Positions 37,650 to 49,000 are shown, counted from the stretch's first letter. The stretch: DNA of 64,000 nt from an uncultured delta proteobacterium (GCA_963699755.1 CAVOVB010000001.1:1216001-1280000); one strand, 5' to 3'. Notes: generated by a model not told the origin, from the letters alone. Translations and numbers: made by a program.

Positions 37650-39242
37650 CTAGCGACCCGCCGCCGACACGAGCGCCCAGTTGGGCAGCACGCCGGGCTC
37701 GATTTCGAAGAGGGCAGTCCCGAGCACGTAGAAGACGACGGAAATGAGGACAGCGCCGATCAGGTTCAGCGCGAGTCCCACTCGCGCCATTTCCGGGATG
37801 CTGACGCGCTGACTTCCGAACACGACGGCATTCGGAGGCGTCGCGACTGGCATCATGAATGCGCACGACGCCGAGAGTGTGGCTGGGATCATCAAGAGGA
37901 GCGGGTGGATGCCTGTAGCGACCGCAATGGAGGCGAGTACCGGGAGGACCATTTCCGTGGTCGCCGTGTTGGATGTGAGCTCGGTCAGAAACGTCAGGCC
38001 TAGGCAGGTCACGAAGACGACGAGCAGTGGCGGCACCCCGGCGAGCCCGGTGAACTCCTCGCCAATGAATGCGGCGAGGCCCGTCACCTGAAAGCCGTGC
38101 GCCAGGGCGAAGCCGCCGCCAAAGAGCAAGACGATGTTCCAGGGGAGCCGGCGGATCACACCCGGCCCCATGATCGTCGCAGACTCGGCCCCAGCGGACC
38201 GGGCGGGGATCAGAAACATGATCGAGGCCATGCAAATCGCGACCGTCGCATCGTCGAAGAGCTCCCCGTACGGCAAGAGTTGCGACCACCCCGGCACCCT
38301 GAGCGATCCGAGCACCAGAGGCGCCCGAAACAACCAGAGCAAGGCCGTCGACACGAAGACCGCGAGGACGATCCGCTCCTCGTGACTCATCGACCCGAGC
38401 TTCTCCGCCTCCTCCTCCACCACCGATTGGTCCACCGTCACCAGATCGGGGATTCGGTAGAACAGCCGCGTGAGCAATAGCCAGGCCACGATGAGTAGGA
38501 TCGCGGCAATCGGAACGGCCATCATGAACCAGACGCCGAAGCCGATCGGGGCTGCATCGGGAAACGTGATCTGAAAGATCCGCTGCAGGGACAGATTCGG
38601 CGGCGTCCCGACCAGCGTCGCGATGCCGCCGATCGAGCAGGAATAGGCGATTCCCAACATGACGGCGACGGAGAAGTTGTGGGTCGTCTCTGTGCCGAAC
38701 TGCTCTTCCATGCGGAGCACGATCGCGAGCCCGATCGGGATCATCATGATCGCCGTGGCGGTGTTCGAGATCCACATGGAGAGAAAGGCACCCGCCAACA
38801 TGAAGCCGAGAATGATCCGATCTGCTCCGCCTCCGACGTTGCGAATGATCCACAGGGCGATTCGACGGTGGAGATTCCACTTCTCCATGGTCAGCGCGAT
38901 CATGAAGCCGCCGAGAAACAAGACGATGGTGCTGTTGAAATAGACGGGCGCCGTGTCACCCGTACGCTCGATGCCGAGCAGCGGGTAGAGGATCAGCGGC
39001 AGGAGCGCGGTTGCAAAGAGAGGAATCGCGTCGGTGATCCACCAGGTCGCCATCAGAACGGCCACCGCGGCCATCCGCGTGACCTCGGGCCGCTCGGGGT
39101 CGAGCTCGAAGAAAAGCAAGAATACGAACAGGGCAGGGCCGAGAAACAGGCCGATCCGCTGACCCCTCGTCCGTCTGCCTCGCCCGGGGAGCCCGCTATG
39201 ACCCCGCTCCGGCGGTAGCAACTCTCGCGACTGCGATTTCAT
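37650..39242 (-). CDS. SLC13/DASS family Na+:dicarboxylate/sulfate symporter
   Basis: SMWISNTATA, GTPPN, TSNTAT, FMMPVATPPNA. Confidence 0.93.
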   Translation of the reverse strand: MKSQSRELLPPERGHSGLPGRGRRTRGQRIGLFLGPALFVFLLFFELDPERPEVTRMAAVAVLMATWWITDAIPLFATALLPLILYPLLGIERTGDTAPVYFNSTIVLFLGGFMIALTMEKWNLHRRIALWIIRNVGGGADRIILGFMLAGAFLSMWISNTATAIMMIPIGLAIVLRMEEQFGTETTHNFSVAVMLGIAYSCSIGGIATLVGTPPNLSLQRIFQITFPDAAPIGFGVWFMMAVPIAAILLIVAWLLLTRLFYRIPDLVTVDQSVVEEEAEKLGSMSHEERIVLAVFVSTALLWLFRAPLVLGSLRVPGWSQLLPYGELFDDATVAICMASIMFLIPARSAGAESATIMGPGVIRRLPWNIVLLFGGGFALAHGFQVTGLAAFIGEEFTGLAGVPPLLVVFVTCLGLTFLTELTSNTATTEMVLPVLASIAVATGIHPLLLMIPATLSASCAFMMPVATPPNAVVFGSQRVSIPEMARVGLALNLIGAVLISVVFYVLGTALFEIEPGVLPNWALVSAAGR

Positions 39243-39468
39243 GCGTCGATCCCGTTCACGCCGCTTCGACGACAACGCCTCCGTGCTTCGCCCGACGCCC
39301 CGTCGACATACCCGAACGCCGGTGCGAAAGCCAACAAAACAGGACCGACGCGTATGCGCCGTCCTCGGCTTGGTTCCGGCCGAAGACCTCGTCAATAAGA
39401 GGAGGCGGGCCTAGGTCGCTCCGATGGGACCCTGCTGTCTCGTCTTGCCAAGCCGCTGAGACCGGGCG

Positions 39469-40500
39469 ATGGTTGCTTCGATGCGGACAGTTTCCCTCGG
39501 CCTGTTGCTTCTCACCATCGCCGCTTGCTCTCAACAAGGCGCCCTGAGCGAGATCGACCCAACGCTCAGTCACGCCTTCGAGCCGATCATGGTGGATGTG
39601 GCCGAAGAGGTGAGCGGTACCTGCCAAAGTTGGACGCTCGACAACGACGAACCGATCTTCGTCTCGAAGATACGCCAGACGAACGATGGCGCCTGGCATC
39701 ACTCGAACTGGTTTTTCGTCCCCGAGGGGATGTACCCCGGGCCGGACGGGACTTGGCCCTGCGATCAGCGCGGCTTCCACGACGTGACCGCCGGGCTCGC
39801 AGGCGGCGCCTTCTTCGCTCAGTCCACGCAAGCCCTTCAAGAGCTTCAAGCCTTTCAAGAGGGAGCGGTGCTCGAGATCCCGCCCCGTTACAAAATCGTC
39901 GGCGGCGTCCATCTCGTGAACATCACGGCCGGCGCGCTCGAAACTGCGCTACGCTTTGACATCGAGACGGTTCCCGAAGAGCAGGTCCAAATTCGTCTTC
40001 GACCCATCGCGTTTACCAACACCACGCTCGACATCGAGCCGCAGGCCAGGTCCCGTTACGGCATGACCTGCGACCTCGAGCCGCAGTTCCAGAACGTTCT
40101 CGGACGCGACCCCGACTACAACATCTACTATGTCCTTGCGCACTATCACGAGTGGGGAAACTACTTCCGCCTCAGCTTCGTCGATGACGTAGGCGCCGAG
40201 CGAACGATCTTCGAATTCGAGGGCTCGGTTGGCCAGCCGCTGGGAACCACCCTCGACCCGGCGATCAACTCGCAGGGCGCTGGGAAGCTTCGGTTCGAGT
40301 GCGGCTACATCAACAACACCGACCAGCGAATCACCTACGGCCTGGCAGGCAAAGAGATGTGCGTGTTCCTCGCGTACAGTGACGCGGACTTGAAAATCGG
40401 TGCGACCTCTGGCGTCAACACACCATTGGGGCCAAACCAGGACGGCGTATTCATGAACGAAACGGAGTGCGGGCCACTCGTCGCCGCCGCGGCTGACTGA
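39469..40500 (+). CDS. Copper type II monooxygenase (PHM/DBH)-like lipoprotein
   Basis: Lipobox IAAC, HH, HLVN, HYH and EMC copper-ligand motifs in canonical order. Confidence 0.72.
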   Translation: MVASMRTVSLGLLLLTIAACSQQGALSEIDPTLSHAFEPIMVDVAEEVSGTCQSWTLDNDEPIFVSKIRQTNDGAWHHSNWFFVPEGMYPGPDGTWPCDQRGFHDVTAGLAGGAFFAQSTQALQELQAFQEGAVLEIPPRYKIVGGVHLVNITAGALETALRFDIETVPEEQVQIRLRPIAFTNTTLDIEPQARSRYGMTCDLEPQFQNVLGRDPDYNIYYVLAHYHEWGNYFRLSFVDDVGAERTIFEFEGSVGQPLGTTLDPAINSQGAGKLRFECGYINNTDQRITYGLAGKEMCVFLAYSDADLKIGATSGVNTPLGPNQDGVFMNETECGPLVAAAAD

Positions 40501-40513
40501 CCTTCGATCGGGG

Positions 40514-41413
40514 TCATAGGTCGCTTGCCGGCCTCACGAGCACGCTGCCCCAGAGCATGGCTCGGTCGTCGTCGGCGCGGTTTGCTGGGGAGTCGGCATC
40601 TGCATCGCCGAAACTGCGCAGGACCGTGACCGCGTCGGGGCTGGCTGCGCGTCTCACGGCGGCGAAGAGCCTTTGCCGATAGTCCTCGTCGGTGCCGTCC
40701 AAGATATTCGAGAGAGTGAAGCCATCGAAGCTCGCGGCTGGCTGGCTCTCCAAAAAGCTCGCCGCATCCGCGTGGACGAGCTGCACGTCTTTGGCCTGCG
40801 GCGGGGGCGGATCCGAGGAAAGCTCACCGAGCAGAAGGGAACGTGCGTAAGGGTTACTTCGATTGGGGTGTCGCGCGAAACAGCGTTCCATGCGCCCGCG
40901 CATGACCGAGCCCAGGCGCTTCGGCAGGAAATCGAGAAATCGTGGCGCGTACACCGCGCGAAGTGCCGTCACCGAAAACAGCCCATCCACCGCGGCGCGA
41001 AAGCGCCAGGTGTTGAGCTCCCGTTTCCAGTACTCCATTTGTGCGGCCGGATCGTCGAGCTCGACGAAGGCACGCACCTTCGACGGCCACCAGCCTGCCA
41101 GCGGCCCGAAGAAGCGCATGAAGTCCATGATGCGCTCGGCTCGGCCGCGAACGCCGGGGTCGCCATCGAAGCGCCGCTCCGCATAGGCGAGCTGTACCGG
41201 ATTGATGTCGACCGCGACGACCTCGTGATGAGGTGCGAGCCGCATCGCCGTACAGCCCGCCGAGGCAATGCAAAGGACGCGGCTCTGAGGTCGAAAGGCT
41301 TCGAGCTCGATCGACGGATCCTCGTACATGCGGCCGAAAAGCACCTGCCGAGGCCCGAGGCGGGCATCGAGTCGCCCCCGCTCCCAGATCGTCACCGCCG
41401 TGCTCGCGCTCAT
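40514..41413 (-). CDS. DUF3419 / BtaA-like SAM-dependent protein
   Basis: MYED, CIASAGC, AVDINPVQL, LSNILD; ATGA overlap with upstream gene. Confidence 0.75.
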   Translation of the reverse strand: MSASTAVTIWERGRLDARLGPRQVLFGRMYEDPSIELEAFRPQSRVLCIASAGCTAMRLAPHHEVVAVDINPVQLAYAERRFDGDPGVRGRAERIMDFMRFFGPLAGWWPSKVRAFVELDDPAAQMEYWKRELNTWRFRAAVDGLFSVTALRAVYAPRFLDFLPKRLGSVMRGRMERCFARHPNRSNPYARSLLLGELSSDPPPPQAKDVQLVHADAASFLESQPAASFDGFTLSNILDGTDEDYRQRLFAAVRRAASPDAVTVLRSFGDADADSPANRADDDRAMLWGSVLVRPASDL

Positions 41414-41799
41414 GGCGCCCCCGCGCCCGGCAAGCTCGCGGCCACCCAGGCCAGCACCAGGAAGGCGAAGTTCTTGACCAGCATGCCGCGCGGATCGTGA
41501 ATCACGTGCCTCGACCAGATCCAGCCATTCGCGTTCAGTGACACCAGCAGCACGGTTTGCGCAAGCGCGCAGAGGAAGGGAGCGAAGCTGGTCAACACCC
41601 AGACCCCGATCGCGACCTCCACCGCCCCCAAGGTCATCAAAAAGGGCACACCGAATCGCTCTCCGTAGCGCGGCACCGCTTTGACGACATCGAACTCGCG
41701 CGGCTCGCCGCGGAGCAACTTGCACCAGAGTCCTTCGTAGAACCAGACCGCCGCAACCGCGGCACGAATCAACCAGGTCGGTGGCATGAGCTCAGGCAA
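41410..41799 (-). CDS. DoxX-like membrane protein
   Basis: AAVWFYEGLWCKL, four hydrophobic segments, LVKNFAFL. Confidence 0.78.
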   Translation of the reverse strand: MPELMPPTWLIRAAVAAVWFYEGLWCKLLRGEPREFDVVKAVPRYGERFGVPFLMTLGAVEVAIGVWVLTSFAPFLCALAQTVLLVSLNANGWIWSRHVIHDPRGMLVKNFAFLVLAWVAASLPGAGAP

Positions 41800-41808
41800 C
41801 TCGGTCCC

Positions 41809-42339
41809 TCACCCGGCTTCGATCTGGCGTCGCATCGTGCTCAGGAGGTAGCGGTGAAACCAATGGCAGACCATTTTCTCCAGTGGCTTCCAGAGCCAAC
41901 GCGGCCACTTGCGGCTGAGGTAGCGGGTTTCGACCGCGACCTCGGTTTGGCCGTCGGGCAGGCCGCGCAAGGTGTAGCGGCCGCCGCACAGGCGCATGCC
42001 GCCCCCCACCGTCAGCGCTTGCTCGGCGACTTCGAACTCGTAGAGGTCGCCCTTTTCAATCTTCGTGATGCGCTTGAGGAGGTGCCCGTGTTCATAAAGG
42101 CAGGTCGCCTCATCACCGACCTCCGAGACTTTGCCCTCATTGCGGATCGGAACCGGCAAGAGCAAACGCAAGTGCCATGGCGGGCGCCCGCCGAGCTCCT
42201 CGTAGAACACGAGGCCGTTCCACACGCGCTCGGGCGGCGCCGCGAAAACCATTCGGGTGACGACCGACACAGGCTGCACGGCACTTGTGTCCGACTCGAC
42301 GAGCTCTTCGGCCACCGCGGCCTCCATCTCCTGGGTCAT
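41809..42339 (-). CDS. SRPBCC-like (polyketide cyclase fold) protein
   Basis: SD AAGGAG, FAAPPERVW, PRWLW...HRYLL C-terminal helix. Confidence 0.65.
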   Translation of the reverse strand: MTQEMEAAVAEELVESDTSAVQPVSVVTRMVFAAPPERVWNGLVFYEELGGRPPWHLRLLLPVPIRNEGKVSEVGDEATCLYEHGHLLKRITKIEKGDLYEFEVAEQALTVGGGMRLCGGRYTLRGLPDGQTEVAVETRYLSRKWPRWLWKPLEKMVCHWFHRYLLSTMRRQIEAG

Positions 42340-42446
42340 GACTTCGCTCCTTAACGGAGTTCCATAGGGCCAACAAGTGGTCAAAACACTCCCTTCCGTC
42401 CTCCGACTGGATGGCATGGCCCCGTCCCGCGTAGTAAGAGGCCGAG

Positions 42447-43154
42447 ATGGGCATGCTCGACCAACTCGACCTCGACGCCGTGAAGCGGCTCTACCGCGCC
42501 GACTTACCAGCGCCCGTGGACGTGCTCAACCTCATCCATTTCAAGGATGAGGAGGCTTACAAGTGGTATGGGCTCCTCACCCTGCCGCTCTTGAAGGTGG
42601 TGGGCGCCGAGGTCGGCTGGATGGGCGCTCACGTCGCGTCGCTCCTCGGCGAGTCGCGGGCCGATGAGCTGCTGGTCGTCCGGTACCCAAACCAGCGACG
42701 CTTCTTCGGCTTGGCGCTCAATCCTTACTACATGCTGGTCGCAAATCCGCAGCGCATGAAGGCGGTTCGCAAGTTCGAGGCCTCGTTTACACACTCGTTC
42801 GACTCGCTCGACGACTTGCGCCGCTGCAAGTGGGTGCTGGCGCTGCACTTCCATCAGGCGCCCGATGCGGTGCAGAGCATCGTGGAATCAGCCGGCGGCA
42901 AGCTCGTGTACCAGAGCAACGAAACCTCGTCCATCGTGATTAGCAAGCGCCCTCATCCTGCGAACACCAATCCACTCGTGTTCAAACGCACGGCTCTCTT
43001 TCGCTTCGAAGACCAGCAGAGCTGCGAGGCGGCGATGCGGCCGGAGGTTGTGAGCCAGCTTCAGGAGGCCGGCGGCGATGCATCGGTCCAGCTCTACCGT
43101 CGGGTCCCGCGAAGCAAGGCCCTGCCTGCTGAGCTCGGGAAGCTACTGCGTTGA
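42447..43154 (+). CDS. DUF1330-like dimeric alpha/beta barrel protein
   Basis: PVDVLNLIHF, DELLVVRYP. Confidence 0.55.
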   Translation: MGMLDQLDLDAVKRLYRADLPAPVDVLNLIHFKDEEAYKWYGLLTLPLLKVVGAEVGWMGAHVASLLGESRADELLVVRYPNQRRFFGLALNPYYMLVANPQRMKAVRKFEASFTHSFDSLDDLRRCKWVLALHFHQAPDAVQSIVESAGGKLVYQSNETSSIVISKRPHPANTNPLVFKRTALFRFEDQQSCEAAMRPEVVSQLQEAGGDASVQLYRRVPRSKALPAELGKLLR

Positions 43155-43205
43155 ATTTCGCTCGAAGTTGCGCCAGCAGATGCGACTCCTTATCGTGACG
43201 ATCGC

Positions 43206-44465
43206 GTGTCCGAGGGTAGGCCCAAAGTCTCAATTGGTGTTCCCGTATACAACGGTGAAGCGACGCTGCCCGACGCCTTGGCGAGCCTCGCTGCGCAGAC
43301 CTTCGAGGACTTCGAGGTCGTCATGTGCGACAACGACTCGAGCGATGGGACCGAAGCGATTTGCCGCGCCTGGTCGGAACGCGACCCTCGCTTTCGCTAC
43401 TGCCGAAACGTAGAGAACTTGGGCGCTGCCGGCAATTTCAACCGGACATTCGAGCTCTCTCGGGGAGAGTATTTCAAGTGGCACGCAGCGGATGACACCC
43501 TCGAACCGGACTACCTTCGCGTTTGCGTAGAAGCCTTTCGCAGCGCACCCGACAGCGTCATCCTGTGCTTTCCCAGGCGCCGATTCCTGAGGCCAGATGG
43601 CTCCTTCGCCGGAGATTGCAGCTTCGAGCTCCCTCGGCTCGTCGACGGTCCAACACGCGAGATCCGAACGATCCGCTATGCGGAGCTTCTTCGCCTGGGT
43701 GATCAGCACGCTCCGGCCATCGTGTTCGGTCTGATTCGAAGCGAGGTTCTTAGGCGCACCGGTTTGATACGGCCTTTCAAGGCCGCTGACGTCGTTCTCA
43801 ATGCGGAGCTCGCGCTCTACGGCGAGCTCTGGCAGCTCCCCGAGCCTCTGTACAATCAGCGCATGCATCCTCCCAACTCGGCACGTGCGCGCATGTCGGA
43901 AGAAGAAGAAGCGCGCTGGTACGACCCTGCGGCTTCAACGGGCACCGCCAACCTCGCCTGGCACCTGTTTCGCGAGCACGCCCGTTGCATTCGTCAGTCC
44001 GAGATCCCGCTCCGTCAAAAAGCGGCTCGCCTGCGCGACCTCGCCTCGTTTCCGCCTGCAAGAGCGCAGATCGCGTTCAATCTGGCACTGGGCGAGGCCG
44101 AGTATCGTCTCATCCAGAGCCTCTCCGATCGGTCCCAGCCCAAGATCAAGACGCTGAAGGCATGGATGCTCTATCAACGCTTGCGCAGGGCCGCTCTCCC
44201 GCGCTGGAAGGGGGTTGCCGATCAGGTGACAGGGGCCGATGAAGAAACCGTCTTACAGCATTTTCTAACCCTCTGCGTAGACACCGGGCATCCGCTTGCG
44301 GTCTCTGTCGTGCTCCGCTGGCTCGAGGACCGTGACAGCCACAAAGCCCACGCAGCGGCCGGTACCATCGCTGAGCGTTCCGAGTTGTTTCGAAGCCTCG
44401 CGCGCGATGGTTTCGGCAGCGAGCTTCAAGCATCGCTCGACGAAGCTTTGGCGGGTTCGAGCTAG
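43206..44465 (+). CDS. Glycosyltransferase family 2
   Basis: VSIGVPVYNG, DNDSSDGT, NLGAAGNFN, WHAADD. Confidence 0.92.
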   Translation: MSEGRPKVSIGVPVYNGEATLPDALASLAAQTFEDFEVVMCDNDSSDGTEAICRAWSERDPRFRYCRNVENLGAAGNFNRTFELSRGEYFKWHAADDTLEPDYLRVCVEAFRSAPDSVILCFPRRRFLRPDGSFAGDCSFELPRLVDGPTREIRTIRYAELLRLGDQHAPAIVFGLIRSEVLRRTGLIRPFKAADVVLNAELALYGELWQLPEPLYNQRMHPPNSARARMSEEEEARWYDPAASTGTANLAWHLFREHARCIRQSEIPLRQKAARLRDLASFPPARAQIAFNLALGEAEYRLIQSLSDRSQPKIKTLKAWMLYQRLRRAALPRWKGVADQVTGADEETVLQHFLTLCVDTGHPLAVSVVLRWLEDRDSHKAHAAAGTIAERSELFRSLARDGFGSELQASLDEALAGSS

Positions 44466-45796
44466 GTGAACGTCAGCCCCGCCCAAACGACCAGGGCGGA
44501 GATCGCCAAGCCTGCGAGATCATACATCGGTAGCCATACGCGATAGCGTATCGAGATCCAGACTTGGAGCGGGTAGTAGACCACGTAGGAAACGGCGATC
44601 GCGATGATCAGACCCTTCGCCCCCGCAAGATAGCCGCCAAGCACCATCCCCGGGAGCAGAACGGCCGCCCGAATCGCCACGGCGACGAGTCCAACCCAGG
44701 ACTCTCCACGTGCAAGATGAATCGGTCCGACCGCGCCGATGACGAAGAAGAAAGAGCCCGCGCTGATGATTTGAACCATCCAGCCCGCATCCCAGTAGCG
44801 CTCATCCCAGAGAAACTCGACGATATCGTCGCCGAAGACGATGAGAATCCAGATTGCAGGCAGAAAGAGACCCATCCGAACGAGCCTGTAGCGCGCGATG
44901 CGACTGAGCAGCTCGGGCGTCGTGGTCTTTCCGACGCGAGAGTAGATCGGGAACAAGACCGTTTCATCGACCTTGTTCGTGACGTCCTCGACTTGGCGGG
45001 CCACCAGGGCCGCGATTGAATAGACCCCGAGCTCACCCATGCTCATGAACGCGCCCATGACGAGTCGATCGCCTTGGCCGAGCATATAGGCAAGGAGGGA
45101 GCTGAGGAAGATCCAGCGACCAAAGACCGCCATGTCGCGGAGTGTTTCGCGCTCCCAGTGGAAGCGCGGCATGCGACCGTCGCTCAGAACGTAGCTCAGC
45201 ACGGTCCAGATGAGACTTGCCACGACGCCGCCAATCGCGAGCGGCCAAACCGAGCGCCAAAAATAGGCCAGCCCCAGCATTACCGCGACCCCGCCGATTT
45301 GCATGCTGAGCTCGACTAGCACCAGGGCGCGCAAGCCGAGCTGACGATTCAGAGTCATCAACGAGGTGTGCGCCAGGCCGCGCAGGATCGCGCTGCTCGA
45401 AGCCACGGGAATGAGCCACATGAGAAGCGGCTCGCCGTAGGCGCGGGAGATCGGATAGGCCAGAATGGAGGCAAACGCCCAGAGACTAAAGCCGCGTACG
45501 ACCTGAACGGTCCACGCCGTATCGAGGAAGGCCACGTCTTCGCGTTCGTGTTGGATGATCGACTGCGCGATGCCCACGTCCGAGAACATCTCGAGGCCGA
45601 TGATGACCGCGTTGACAATCGCCATCATTCCGAACGCATCGGGGAACAAGAGCCTCGTCAAAATGAGGTTCGCACCGAGTCGGATGACCTGCCCGATGAG
45701 CACGCCTGCGGCTGCCCAGGTAGACGCACTCAAGGCTGAAGCCCGAAACCGGGCTCCGCTTGCGGCTGCAGTTTCCCCTGATTGAGGCTGGCTCAT
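44462..45796 (-). CDS. Wzx-type oligosaccharide flippase
   Basis: LTRLLFPDAFG, FSDVGI, LDTAWT, DRLVMG...LGVYSIA; many TM segments. Confidence 0.9.
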   Translation of the reverse strand: MSQPQSGETAAASGARFRASALSASTWAAAGVLIGQVIRLGANLILTRLLFPDAFGMMAIVNAVIIGLEMFSDVGIAQSIIQHEREDVAFLDTAWTVQVVRGFSLWAFASILAYPISRAYGEPLLMWLIPVASSSAILRGLAHTSLMTLNRQLGLRALVLVELSMQIGGVAVMLGLAYFWRSVWPLAIGGVVASLIWTVLSYVLSDGRMPRFHWERETLRDMAVFGRWIFLSSLLAYMLGQGDRLVMGAFMSMGELGVYSIAALVARQVEDVTNKVDETVLFPIYSRVGKTTTPELLSRIARYRLVRMGLFLPAIWILIVFGDDIVEFLWDERYWDAGWMVQIISAGSFFFVIGAVGPIHLARGESWVGLVAVAIRAAVLLPGMVLGGYLAGAKGLIIAIAVSYVVYYPLQVWISIRYRVWLPMYDLAGLAISALVVWAGLTFT

Positions 45797-46026
45797 CGCG
45801 AATCTGGACCGATCCTCCCGCCCGGCGCCCGGCGTATCCTTTGCGCGTCCATCTGGCAAGTAAGGACGATCACAATGCTTACAGCCTCGGTGATAGAGCT
45901 TACAAAAGCCAGGAACCCCATCTGGTTACACATTTGTGTTCAGGTACGCTACAGTTATGGACCTGCCTTGGCGCGCGCTTTCCCCGCGGCGCTAAGGGAC
46001 TAAGATCACATCGGAGACTGACACTG

Positions 46027-49000
46027 ATGCTCGCCTTCCAGCCTCGCAGCCGAACCGCGGCGCCGTTTGGATTTCTTCTGTCGTTGATGCTCGTCGCATG
46101 CTCTGGGAACGACGGCGCGGGTGGGGGCGACTTTGGGAGCAGCAGTGTCGCGCTAGGGTCCGCGCACGGGATCACTTCCGACGACTTCAGCACCGGCACG
46201 CTCGATACTCAGCGCTGGCAGGTGGTCGACCCGCAGGGCGATGGCACGGTGGCTTTGGTCGGCTCGGGCACGCCAGATGCCCATCTCCTCCTCTCGGTCC
46301 CGGCGGGCACCGTCCACGACCCATGGACGACCAACACGGCGCTTCGCGTGATGCAGCCGGCCGACAACGAAGACTTCGAGATCGAGGTCAAGTTCGAGTC
46401 GGAGCCGGCGCTCGCATACCAGAGCCAGGGGCTGTTGGTTCAGCAGAACGCCACCAACTACGTCCGTTTCGACGTGTTCAGCGACGGAAGCGCCTTCAAC
46501 GTCTTTGGCGCCGCGTTCACCAACGGATCACCGGCGATTCCGATTTACGCAGGCATCGCTTCGGCGCCGACGATTTACTTGCGCCTCGGGCGCAGTGGCA
46601 ACCAGTGGACGGCGCGATACTCCTATGACGGAACGAGCTGGACGACGGCAGGCACCTTCAATCACACCCTCACCGTCTCGTCCGTTGGCGTGTTCGCGGG
46701 GAACTTCGATCCGAACCCGGCTTACACGGTCGCAGTAGACTACTTCTACGAGACCAGCGTCCCCATCGTCGACGAGGATCCGGCGCTCTGCGATCCGGGC
46801 GACCAGCTGGTCCTGACGACACAGGCGAGCAACGGCACGATCCTTCGCAGCCCGGATCAAGCCACCTACGCCTGCGATTCGCTCGTCACACTGACCGCGC
46901 AGCCCGACCCGGGCGCGACATTCCTCGGCTGGGGTGGCGCACTGAGCGGTAATACGAATCCGACGGTCCTGACCATCAGCGCGGATACGACGGTGACCGC
47001 GAGCTTCCTGCTGGATCAAACCGCTCCTCAAATCAGCAGCGTCACCGCGGTAGCGGGTCAGACCTCCGCGACGGTGAGTTGGCAGACCGACGAGCTCAGC
47101 ACCGGCTTCGTCGAGTACGGTCTGACCGCCTCCTACGAGATCGGCTCAGTCGCATCGGCTACGCCTGCGACCGCCCATGCGGTGACTTTGCCTGCGCTCT
47201 CGGAAGGGACTCTTTATCATTACCGCGTCAACGCTGAGGACAGCTTCGCAAACAGTGGCAACACGGCGGACGCGACCTTCACGACCGGTACCAGTGGAAC
47301 CGGTGGGACTGGCGGCTCCGGCGGTAGCGCAGGCACGGGCGGCAGTGCGGGCTCGGGCGGAACCGGCGGAACAGTGCCGGGCGCCATCACCTCCGATGAC
47401 TTCCACACCGGCTCCCTGAACACAGGGGTCTGGCAAGTGGTCGACCCACAAGGCGACGGCACGGTGGAGCTGGTGGGCGCAGGGACGCCCGACGCACATC
47501 TCGTGCTCTCGGTGCCGGCCGGCACCGTTCACGATGCCTGGACGAGCAACACGACGCTCCGAGTCATGCAGCCGGCTGCCAACGAGGACTTCGAGATCGA
47601 GGCCAAGTTCGAATCGGAGCCGATGCTTGCGTTCCAGGGCCAGGGCTTGCTGGTTCAGCAGGACGCGACCAATTACATCCGCTTCGATGTCTTCAGCGAC
47701 GGTGGCTCTACCAACGTCTTTGGGGCCGCGTTCACCAATGGCTCACCCCAGATTCCGATCTACGGCGCAATCGCTTCGGCCCCGGCGATCTACTTGCGCC
47801 TCGGACGCAGTGGCAACCAGTGGACAGCGCGGTACTCCTACGACGGAACGAGCTGGACCACGGCCGGCACGTTCAACCACAGCCTGGCGGTTTCCTCGGT
47901 CGGGGTCTTTGCGGGCAACTTCGACCCCAACCCTGCCTACTCGGTGGCCGTCGACTACTTCTACGAGACCTCGGCTCCTATCGCTTCTGAAGATCCGCCA
48001 CTCTGTGATCCGGGCGACCAGCTGGTTCTGACGACGCAGGCCACGAACGGCACGATCCTTCGGAGCCCCGATCAGAGCAGCTATAGCTGCGGGTCCGAGG
48101 TGACTCTGATCGCGCAGCCCGCCGTGGGCGCCACCTTCCTCGGCTGGTCTGGGGCGCTGAGCGGGACGAGCAATCCTGCCGTCTTGACGCTCGACGCGGA
48201 CGCGACGGTGACCGCGAACTTCCTGCTGGACACGATTCCTCCACAGATCAACAACGTCAATGCAGCGGCCGGTCAAACCTCCGCGACGGTCAGCTGGCAG
48301 ACCAATGAGCTCAGCACGGGCTTGGTCGAATACGGCCTCACCGCCGCGTATGAAATTGGCGCTGCGGCCTCGGCCACGCTGGCGACGGCGCACGCGGTCA
48401 CCTTGCCCGGCCTCAGCGAAGGGACGCTCTACCACTACCGCGTCAGCGCGACCGACGCCTTCGGCAACGGCGGAAGCACGTTGGATGCGACCTTCACAAC
48501 CGACAGCACTGGCGGCGGCGGGAGCGGCGGCACGGGCGGGAGCGGCGGTACGGGCGGCAGCGGCGGCACGGGCGGGAGCGGCGGTACGGGCGGCAGCGGC
48601 GGCACGGGCGGGAGCGGCGGCACGGGTGGCAGCGGCGGCACGGGTGGCAGCGTAGGTTCGGGCGCGATCGTTTCCGATGATTTCCATAGCGGCGTCCTCG
48701 ACACGCAGCTATGGGAAATCGTCGATCCGCAAGCGGACGGGACTGTGACATTGGTCGGCGCCGGGACCTCGGACGCTCAGCTCTTGCTCTCGGTCCCAGC
48801 CGGCACCGTCCACGACCCATGGACGAGCAACACGGCGTTGCGAGTCATGCAGCCGGCCGCGGACGAAGACTTCGAGCTCGAGGTCAAGTTCGAATCCGAG
48901 CCGACCCTGGGGTTCCAGAGCCAAGGCCTCTTGGTCGAGGACGACGACTCGAACTACATCCGTTTCGACGTCTATAGCGACGGAAGCTCGCTCAACGTCT

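Noticed and set aside
36195..38003. 602-aa plus-strand ORF and similar long antisense ORFs (for example 3096-4187, 32441-33718)
   Set aside because: Shadow ORFs opposite well-supported genes, expected in high-GC DNA, with no motifs
39243..39468. Possible riboswitch in the divergent intergenic region
   Set aside because: No recognisable conserved riboswitch motifs by eye; an Rfam scan would settle it
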